In this document: in pieces, positions 16,652 to 24,000 of the stretch
Layout of the letters: each line of letters begins with the position of its first letter
Position numbering within the stretch: the stretch's first letter is position 1
Origin: Streptococcus phage Javan345
Strand: one strand, 5' to 3'
Sequence record: MK448733.1
Length of the DNA: 24,000 nucleotides
The notes under the pieces: generated by a model
What the model was told of the DNA's origin: nothing
Databases searched by the model: none
The model's input: only the letters and a program-made list of their open reading frames with translations
Translations under genes and position numbers: made by a program

Positions 16652-17275
16652 ATGTTAGATATTTCTAGGAAGCTAGTTGATGAGCTTGTTCTAGAAATTG
16701 AAGGCAAAGAGAAGACTTTTCCTCTGCTATTGTCATTTGACAGAGTATTGAAAGTCTTTGAATTATGGAAAGACGATGATATTCCTAAGTTCATGCGCCC
16801 ATTTTTTGCGTTGCAGATCCTGACGGGTGTTTCTTTTGATTTTTTAAGTTTTGAGGAGGCTTTGGAAGTTGTTCAGGCAATTTTTGAAGAGCACATCCAA
16901 ACAGACGAAAAAGAAGACGATGTTGAGTACGACTTAGCAGGTAACGTCATGAAGTCTACAACATCGAAAGAACCGCAGAAAAGACTCTACAACGTGAAAC
17001 ATGACGGAGCCTATATTTTTGCTTCTTTCATGCAGGCTTACAGAATCGACTTAATCGAAGAAATTGGGAAGCTACACTGGAAGAAATTCAATGCTCTAAT
17101 CGTTGGCTTGCCTGAAGGAACCAAATTTGTAGAAGTCGTGAAGATTCGCTCTTATGAACCGCAAAAAGGCGACAGTCAGGAGTACATTGATAAGATGCGA
17201 GAACTACAAAAAGAGTATCGTCTTCCAGATGATGATTGCGACGAAGAAGATGATGAATATGACTATTACGAGTAG
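16652..17275 (+). CDS. Phage Gp15-like protein (tail chaperone region)
   Basis: 207 aa with acidic C-terminus, directly upstream of the tape measure gene; Gp15 family-like sequence. Confidence 0.82.
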   Translation: MLDISRKLVDELVLEIEGKEKTFPLLLSFDRVLKVFELWKDDDIPKFMRPFFALQILTGVSFDFLSFEEALEVVQAIFEEHIQTDEKEDDVEYDLAGNVMKSTTSKEPQKRLYNVKHDGAYIFASFMQAYRIDLIEEIGKLHWKKFNALIVGLPEGTKFVEVVKIRSYEPQKGDSQEYIDKMRELQKEYRLPDDDCDEEDDEYDYYE

Positions 17276-17288
17276 AAAGGAGGCATAA

Positions 17289-20200
17289 ATGGCAGATGGT
17301 AAAGTGGTCATCCAAGTTGATATGGATGGCAATAAGGCTCAATCAGGAGTGGCACGTCTAAAAGGGATGGTTGGCGGACTGACAGAAAGCGGGATGCAAC
17401 TAGGTTCGGTCTTTAAGTCAGTTTTAGGAGCTAACATTGTCAGCGGTGCGCTGATTTCTGGGATTCAATCCCTTGGCAGTGCTATCAAGGGTGTATTTGC
17501 TACAGCTCTTGACGAAGGGGCCAAGCTCCAACAATCGTTTGGTGGTGTTGATACGCTCTATACGACTGCCGCTGAGTCTGTGAAGCAATATGCGAACGCT
17601 GCAGCTTCAGCTGGTATCTCTGCTAATACATACGCAGAGCAAGCTGTTTCTTTCGGTGCCAGCTTGAAGCAAGCGCTCGGTGGTGATGCTGTGAAGGCCG
17701 CACAAATGGCAGACAAGGCTATCATGGCCATGGCTGATAACTCAGCCAAGATGGGTACAGATATTGGTTCAATCCAGCAAACGTTCCAAGGCTTCGCTAA
17801 ACAGAACTATACCATGCTAGATAACTTGAAACTTGGATATGGCGGTACCAAAGAAGAAATGCAACGACTTCTTAAAGACGCCAGCAAATTAGAAAAAGCA
17901 ATGGGCAAGAAGTTTGATATCAACAACTTTGCGGATATCGTAGAAGCCATCGACCTAGTTCAACAAGAGTTGGGAGTCGCAGGAGTCGCAGCACAAGAAG
18001 CGCAGACTACATTCAGTGGTTCGTTTGCGGCAATGAAGGCTTCGGCATCCAACTTCTTGGCGAATTTGACGCTCGGAGAAGATATTGGACCGTCTTTAAA
18101 AGCGCTTATCTCTAGCACCTCAACGTTCCTTTTAGGCAATTTCTTGCCTATGGTTGGAAATATTATGAGACAACTTCCTCAAGCTATCGATACAGCCTTG
18201 GCAGAAGCTGGGCCAAGGATTGAACAAGGATTCAAATCGTTGTTTGCTTCGCTCGGAGTTGACGAGGGTGTTTTTGACGTAATCAAGGACACTTTTCGAG
18301 ATGTTGTTGTGACAATCCAGTCGCTCTTTGAAGAACTGACAAGCGAATCAAATGGGTTTGGTAATGTTATTCAAGGGGTTGGAAATGTCATTCAAACAGT
18401 TAACGTCAACATCCAGAATATGGCTATGGCCTTTCAGTTTGCACTAGAAGCCTTCTCTGAAACAGGAGCAATCAAGAACGCCTATCAAGCATTTAAAGAT
18501 TTGACGGATGCAGCTTTAGATCTTGCTATTAAGTTAGGCGATGCTATTCCTTGGGATATCGTAGGCGCAGCCGCTGGGCACGTCGTGAACGCTATTTCAA
18601 TGATTGTGAGCTGGATTTCAAAATTAACTCAATCAATTAGTGCAGATGTCTGGAGAGGATTGATTGCAGGGATTGGAGGAGCTCTAGTCGCTTTCAAGGC
18701 ATTTAATTTCTTGAAGAGCTTTAATCCGTTTGGTTTATTTGCTAAAGGTGCTAAAGAAGGGGCGGACGAAGTTGTAAAAGGTGCAACGAGCTCGAAAAGC
18801 GCAATCGCTCAAATCTTCAAATTAATCTCAACTCTAATCAAAACAACAGGAACAGCAATCAAAACGGCTGCGACAGGAATTGGCGAAGGTATCAAAATTG
18901 CTCTTTCTGGTTTAGCGCCAGTCATACGAGCATTTGGATTGGCTTTGAGAACAGCCGGAGTTGGAAATATTCTTGCTCTTGGCGGGGCGATTGGTATTGC
19001 AGCAGTCGGAATCGGTGCCGGAGTGGCTATTATTGCGGCAGGTTTAAGTCTCATTGCTAGTCAAGGCGAAGGAGTGGCTACAATCATTAACGCAGTTGGG
19101 CAGGCATTTGCTACTGTTGCTACTGCAATCATCAGCACATTTGCCCAGGCTATCGTTACAGTTTCAGGAGTTCTTCCAAATGTAACAAGCGCCTTAGCTC
19201 AACTCTCTCCTCTTGTCGTTGCATTTGGTGAAGCTATGGGAGCGGCAGCTCCGTTTATCACAGCTCTTGGTGAAGCCATTTCAGGAATTGCAACAGCAGT
19301 GACTCCAATCGTCGAGATTATAAGTGATGCGTTCGTTTCAGTAGTTCAAATTATTGCTGACGCTATCGTTCAAATTGTTGAAGCGATTGCTCCATTTGCT
19401 CCAGCTATAACTGAAATGGTAGTTGCGATTGCTCCGTCAATTGCAGATATTGTTTCGTCATTTAGTAGTATGTTCTCTCAGATTAGCCCTATCATTGATA
19501 GCTTGTCTAACCTCTTGAAAACGTTTGGAGAACAAGTGAGCTCTATCTTGAAAAGTGCTGGTAGTGTAGTTGAGTCATTTGGATCAGCTATCCGTAATGT
19601 CCTTGACGGTGTAGCTGGAATCTTTGACAGCATCGGTAATGCTGCTTTAAATGCGGGCCTTGGAGTCAAATACATGGCTGAAGGGATTTCGATGCTCACT
19701 GAATTAGGGTTGCTAGATTTAGCCGGAACATTGGCAACAGTGGCAACAGGATTGACAGCTATTGCCAATTCTGGCATTGCTTCAGCAGGTCCTGGATTGC
19801 AACAAGCAGGGACTGGGTTGAGTTTGATAGCTATATCAGCTCAACTTGCAAGTGTAGCCTTGCAATCACTACCTACAGCCTTATCATCACTAAGCACTAA
19901 CCTTAGCACATTGCCAGAAACACTGACAAGCGCTGGAACTTCGATGAGCACGTTTGCTACATCGGTCATGGCTTCATTTGCAAGCTTGTCTGGTTCTGTA
20001 TCTGGTGTAATGGCGCTTCAGACAGGTTTGGTGGCTCTAGCTAATGCTATGATGATGGCTCAAAGTGGGGCTTCAGCGATGTCTTCTACTCTAACGATGA
20101 TTAACGCTTCAGCTTCATCGGCTTCAACAGCTATTTCTCAGCTTGCTTCAGGCATAGCTTCAGCGATGGCTCAGGCTGTGTCATCAGTTCAGTCAAACAT

Positions 20201-20933
20201 GGCATTGATTGTGACTGTAATTTTGCAGTCGTCAATTCAGATGACACAAGCTGGACAACAGGCAGGCCGTGGGGTTTCTGAAGGGATAACAAATGGTATC
20301 CGTTCAGGAATTGGTTCAGCAACAGCAGCAATGTCAGCGATGGTCAACTCTATCCAGTCTACAGGAATGAGAGGCGTCTCTACTATGCGCTATGTAGGTG
20401 ACATGATTGGTCAAGGTTTAGCACAAGGTATGTACTCAGCGCTTGGAGCTGTCACGGCTGCTGCTAATGCTCTTGTCGCTCAAGCTGAAAGAGCCGCACA
20501 GGCCAAGGCTAAGATTAACAGTCCATCACGCCGTTTTAGAGACAACGTCGGACGTTTCATTTCTCAAGGGGTGGCAGTCGGTATCTTGGCAGATGCTCAC
20601 AAGGTAGATGATGCCATGGGCGATGTATTCGACCAAATCAAAGCCTTTAACTTTGCCCCTGAAGACATTCTTGGAGTAGGTCAGGCTAGCCTTACGAAGA
20701 CACTTCAGGTCAAGTCAGACCTAGATCGTCAAATTAAAGCGAGCGTTAAGGTCGTACAAGAAAAATCTAACCGACTTGTCGAGCAAGCTCTAGAAGTTGC
20801 TGAGAAGGCAGTCAAACGGCCAGTCAGTCTGATGATGGAAAGTGGAGCGCTTGTCGGTCAAATCGGCCAAAAGATGACCGATTACCAAAACGACCAACTC
20901 ATGATCGATAACATGATGAGAGGGATTATTTAA
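17289..20933 (+). CDS. Tail tape measure protein
   Basis: 1214 aa, Ala/Ser/Gly-rich, TMP-like N-terminus (MADGKVVIQVDMDGNKAQSGVARLKGM) and KINSPSRRFRDNVGRFISQGVAVGI near the C-terminus. Confidence 0.95.
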   Translation: MADGKVVIQVDMDGNKAQSGVARLKGMVGGLTESGMQLGSVFKSVLGANIVSGALISGIQSLGSAIKGVFATALDEGAKLQQSFGGVDTLYTTAAESVKQYANAAASAGISANTYAEQAVSFGASLKQALGGDAVKAAQMADKAIMAMADNSAKMGTDIGSIQQTFQGFAKQNYTMLDNLKLGYGGTKEEMQRLLKDASKLEKAMGKKFDINNFADIVEAIDLVQQELGVAGVAAQEAQTTFSGSFAAMKASASNFLANLTLGEDIGPSLKALISSTSTFLLGNFLPMVGNIMRQLPQAIDTALAEAGPRIEQGFKSLFASLGVDEGVFDVIKDTFRDVVVTIQSLFEELTSESNGFGNVIQGVGNVIQTVNVNIQNMAMAFQFALEAFSETGAIKNAYQAFKDLTDAALDLAIKLGDAIPWDIVGAAAGHVVNAISMIVSWISKLTQSISADVWRGLIAGIGGALVAFKAFNFLKSFNPFGLFAKGAKEGADEVVKGATSSKSAIAQIFKLISTLIKTTGTAIKTAATGIGEGIKIALSGLAPVIRAFGLALRTAGVGNILALGGAIGIAAVGIGAGVAIIAAGLSLIASQGEGVATIINAVGQAFATVATAIISTFAQAIVTVSGVLPNVTSALAQLSPLVVAFGEAMGAAAPFITALGEAISGIATAVTPIVEIISDAFVSVVQIIADAIVQIVEAIAPFAPAITEMVVAIAPSIADIVSSFSSMFSQISPIIDSLSNLLKTFGEQVSSILKSAGSVVESFGSAIRNVLDGVAGIFDSIGNAALNAGLGVKYMAEGISMLTELGLLDLAGTLATVATGLTAIANSGIASAGPGLQQAGTGLSLIAISAQLASVALQSLPTALSSLSTNLSTLPETLTSAGTSMSTFATSVMASFASLSGSVSGVMALQTGLVALANAMMMAQSGASAMSSTLTMINASASSASTAISQLASGIASAMAQAVSSVQSNMALIVTVILQSSIQMTQAGQQAGRGVSEGITNGIRSGIGSATAAMSAMVNSIQSTGMRGVSTMRYVGDMIGQGLAQGMYSALGAVTAAANALVAQAERAAQAKAKINSPSRRFRDNVGRFISQGVAVGILADAHKVDDAMGDVFDQIKAFNFAPEDILGVGQASLTKTLQVKSDLDRQIKASVKVVQEKSNRLVEQALEVAEKAVKRPVSLMMESGALVGQIGQKMTDYQNDQLMIDNMMRGII

Positions 20934-22429
20934 TGGACACAGTTATCTATAACAATCATGACCTCTCTGAGGTTATAAAAATCAACGAAGTAATTCGTCC
21001 GGTAGGAAACGAAAGGGACGTCACAACAAATGACGCCCCTTTTTTGGGTGTAAACGTCCAAGAAGTAAGAACCGGACCTAAAAAAATCAAAGTTAAGTTT
21101 ACCGTTCAGAAAAAAACGGCTAGGGATACCGAATTGGCCAAGCACACCTTAGCTACAATCCTGAACACCGACAAGCCAGTTCGTATTGATATTTCAGACG
21201 AGCCTGACAAGTACTATATGGGACTTGTCATTGGTTCTGTGGATGTCGATAACGTAGCTAGATGGCTTCAAAAGGGCGAGTTTGAGATTCTTGTTCCTGA
21301 TGGTGTCGCACATGGTACGACCTATAGACGGTTCGATAACGGCCAAGAGCAACCTGACAAGGTTGTTTTTAACTTGGTCAATAATGGCAACGTCCCAGCT
21401 TTTCCTGTCGTTACGGTCAAAAACAACGCTGAGAACGGCTATATCGGTCTCGTCAATACTAGCGGAGCTTTTGAAGTTGGAGACCGTGAAGAGGCTGATA
21501 CAGGGATAGTTAAGAAATCCGAAATCTTAATGGATTTTAGAGGCGATAAAATCTCAACTGGTTTTTCCCAAGCATTAAAAAATCAAGGTGTTACAAACGA
21601 CAATACGGAGTATGTGGTAGGAACCGCTGAAAGAATAAATCTCTGGGAGCGTCCCCATATTAAATTAAAAAATCTACGAGGTGAAACCAAGTTACAAAAC
21701 TATGCTGCTAGTCTAACTTGGACTATCCCGAATGATAGTGTAGGAGAAATTGGGTCTTTAAACGATTATCTTTGGTGGCGACAAGTCTTTTGGTCTGAGG
21801 CTCTTAATCAGTATGGTTTTATTAAAATTACTATTTCTGACACTAACGATAAATTCTTATACGGCGTGGAGAGTTTCAAAAGGTCTCTGGGCTCAGAATG
21901 TGAATATAACTTCTTTGCTAGCGATGGCAAGGGTAGCTATAACATTCTGAAACGTTGGGAATTTGACGGAAGCACTACAGGAGACATTAACCCTTTTAGT
22001 GTAGCTAGAGGCTGGTCAGATTTGAAACGGAATGATGACAAGGTACAAGTCTTTTATCGTGGCTCTTACTTTACTTTCACAGTTCCTGAAATAAAGGGCA
22101 GAAAGTCAGCTAAGATCCATGTGACATTAGGGGCATATCGAGATTATCCAATGGTCTCTCATATGTATCTTGATGAATTGTATTATCGCAAAGATTTTGT
22201 GCCAGGAATCGGTGATGTGCCGAACCGCTACCCAATCGGTTCAAACGTTGTGCTAAACAGCGAGAATGACACTGTCACAGTGGACGGCCTTGAGAAGATT
22301 GTAGACGTCGTAGATGGATCAAGTTTCTTGACTATTCCTCCAGGTAATAGTCAGCTTGAGGTCTATTGCTCAAGTTGGGTCAAGACCAAGCCAACTGTAA
22401 AAGTAGAATTTAAAGAAAGGTATCTATAG
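20933..22429 (+). CDS. Distal tail (Dit)-like phage tail protein, long form
   Basis: 498 aa directly downstream of tape measure; LGVNVQEVRTGPKKIKVKFTVQKK and VDNVARWLQKGEFEILVPDGVAHG typical of siphovirus tail proteins. Confidence 0.8.
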   Translation: MDTVIYNNHDLSEVIKINEVIRPVGNERDVTTNDAPFLGVNVQEVRTGPKKIKVKFTVQKKTARDTELAKHTLATILNTDKPVRIDISDEPDKYYMGLVIGSVDVDNVARWLQKGEFEILVPDGVAHGTTYRRFDNGQEQPDKVVFNLVNNGNVPAFPVVTVKNNAENGYIGLVNTSGAFEVGDREEADTGIVKKSEILMDFRGDKISTGFSQALKNQGVTNDNTEYVVGTAERINLWERPHIKLKNLRGETKLQNYAASLTWTIPNDSVGEIGSLNDYLWWRQVFWSEALNQYGFIKITISDTNDKFLYGVESFKRSLGSECEYNFFASDGKGSYNILKRWEFDGSTTGDINPFSVARGWSDLKRNDDKVQVFYRGSYFTFTVPEIKGRKSAKIHVTLGAYRDYPMVSHMYLDELYYRKDFVPGIGDVPNRYPIGSNVVLNSENDTVTVDGLEKIVDVVDGSSFLTIPPGNSQLEVYCSSWVKTKPTVKVEFKERYL

Positions 22430-22431
22430 CA

Positions 22432-24000
22432 ATGTTATTGACAATACATGACTCAAATTTGAGAAAAGTGACTTTTATCGACAATGACAAACAGGATACA
22501 TTGAACTATTTCAATGACACCTGGACAAGATACCTGGAAACTGGTTCTAGTACCTTTGATTTTACAGTCTTTAAAAAGGCAATTATCTCAGATGTAGGCA
22601 AAAAGAGGGCTTATAACTCTCTCAATGAGAAAGCCTTTGTTTCATTCAGATACAAGGGCAGAACTTACCTGCATACAATCCGAAAAATTGAGGAAAATGA
22701 GAAGGTCATTAAATGTTACGGTATCAATCTAAACCTTGAGCTTATCAATGAGTATTCTATCCCTTATAAATCACCTAAAGCTATGAGTTTTAAGGAATTT
22801 TGTGAGGAGATGGACTTGCTCAACTATACTTTCTTAAAAATCGGCATCAACGAGGTGTCAGATAAGAAGATTTCAGCTGAGTGGGAAGGGACAGACACTA
22901 AACTAAATAGACTATTAAGCCTTGCTAAGAAGTTCGGTGCAGAAATTGAGTTTGACACACGTCTAAATGCTGACAGCTCTATCAAGTCATTTACAGTCAA
23001 TGTCTATCATGAGCACGACGATAGCCATCAGGGAGTAGGTCAAATTAGCCCAAAAATCTTGAAGTATGGTAAAAACCTCAAGACGATCACTAGGACGATT
23101 GACAAAACTGGGATCTATAACACGGTTGTTCCAACAGGTAAGGATGACAAAGGCAACGTAGTTGATATTAGAGGGCTTGGGCCTTGGTCAGTCAACAACG
23201 CAAAGGGAGAACGTGAGTTCTACCAGTCAGGCGCTGCTTTGTATGCCCCTCTTTCAATGCAGATGTATCCGAGTACTTTCACGCATTCAACAGGTGACCG
23301 TGACCAGTGGACGAGAAAGGACATGACGGTAGAGAGTTCAAATCCTGAGGTCATCCGCTCAACAGCCTACCGTGAGCTCAAAAAGAACTGTTACCCAGCA
23401 GTCACTTATGAGGCTGAGGGCTTTGTAGATTTGGAGATAGGAGACACAGTCAAAGTCTATGATGACGGCTTTAGCCCTACTCTCTTGCTTGAAATGAGGG
23501 TATCTGAGCAAACTATCAGCTTTACCAATCCGAAGAACAACAAGACAACTTTTTCAAATGCTAAGGCGCTTGAGAATAGGCTCTCTCAAGGCATTCAGCA
23601 ACAGCTAGACCGAATGATAGAAGAGGCTAAGCCTTATACTATCAAACTTGCTACTGACAACGGCATAGCCTTTAAAAATGGCCAAGGGCAGACGATTGTG
23701 ACTCCTACCCTCACGAGAGGGAACAAAGTCATCAATAGCGGCTGGCGCTGGGTTGTAGATGGCGAAATCAAAGCTACAAGCCCTAGCTACACTGTGAGGG
23801 CTGCCGACATCAACCAAAAAATGGTTCTGACGGTATCGGCTTGGATTGATAACAGAGAGGTAGCGTCTGAGCAGTTGACTCTTATCAATACGTCAGACGG
23901 AACGGCTGGAAAAACTCAGTACTTGCATAGAGCATGGGCCAATTCAGAGGACGGACGTGACGGGTTCAGTACGTCATCAAGCGCCAATAAGCGTTATTTT
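22432..24000 (+). CDS. Tail endopeptidase / tail-associated (Tal-like) protein, 3'-truncated by the window edge
   Basis: My translation from ATG 22432: MLLTIHDSNLRKVTFIDNDKQDTLNYFNDTWTRYLETGSSTFDFTVFK...; the ORF track omits it because no stop occurs before the window end. Confidence 0.85.
   Translation, partial: MLLTIHDSNLRKVTFIDNDKQDTLNYFNDTWTRYLETGSSTFDFTVFKKAIISDVGKKRAYNSLNEKAFVSFRYKGRTYLHTIRKIEENEKVIKCYGINLNLELINEYSIPYKSPKAMSFKEFCEEMDLLNYTFLKIGINEVSDKKISAEWEGTDTKLNRLLSLAKKFGAEIEFDTRLNADSSIKSFTVNVYHEHDDSHQGVGQISPKILKYGKNLKTITRTIDKTGIYNTVVPTGKDDKGNVVDIRGLGPWSVNNAKGEREFYQSGAALYAPLSMQMYPSTFTHSTGDRDQWTRKDMTVESSNPEVIRSTAYRELKKNCYPAVTYEAEGFVDLEIGDTVKVYDDGFSPTLLLEMRVSEQTISFTNPKNNKTTFSNAKALENRLSQGIQQQLDRMIEEAKPYTIKLATDNGIAFKNGQGQTIVTPTLTRGNKVINSGWRWVVDGEIKATSPSYTVRAADINQKMVLTVSAWIDNREVASEQLTLINTSDGTAGKTQYLHRAWANSEDGRDGFSTSSSANKRYF

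Noticed and set aside
16620-16660. Programmed frameshift between the tail chaperone-like gene and Gp15-like gene
   Set aside because: The first gene ends at 16647 before the second ATG at 16652, and I saw no convincing slippery heptamer in the junction.
19478-19777. 99 aa and other antisense ORFs in the tape measure gene
   Set aside because: Composition artefact of the Ala/Ser-rich tape measure coding sequence; no independent signals.
17289-20933. Repetitive-looking Ala/Ser/Gly-rich stretches as DNA repeats or mobile element
   Set aside because: Typical of tape measure proteins; no exact tandem nucleotide repeats or transposase genes seen.
1-24000. CRISPR array, transposon, retron, restriction-modification or other classical defence system
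   Set aside because: No spaced direct repeats, reverse transcriptase, transposase or R-M motifs were seen in any of the ORFs.

Overview
The window is part of a Firmicutes (most likely Streptococcus-type) temperate siphovirus/prophage. Nearly all genes are on the + strand. Left to right: end of the replication/accessory module (zinc-ribbon protein, PcfK-like, PcfJ-like, RuvC-like, DUF1642, DUF1372, DUF1492/ArpU-like). Next comes a ~1.2 kb region without coding sense, bounded by a candidate extended -10 promoter and an intrinsic terminator. After it: terminase small and large subunits, SPP1/A118-type portal, a MuF-like minor capsid protein (Phage_min_cap2) with an apparent PD-(D/E)XK, CdiA-CT-like nuclease at its C-terminus, scaffold, major capsid, head-tail connectors, major tail protein, tail chaperone-like/Gp15, tape measure, Dit-like and the start of a Tal-like protein. 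The two most interesting items are (1) the ~1.15 kb non-coding segment 5.29-6.44 kb, full of perfect short helices, possible pseudoknots and a tRNA-like T-arm/B-box, which looks like a giant ornate phage RNA (GOLLD/ROOL-like or a new class), and (2) the virion-protein-fused polymorphic toxin with no recognisable immunity gene. All assignments come from reading the sequence; no database or folding computation was run.
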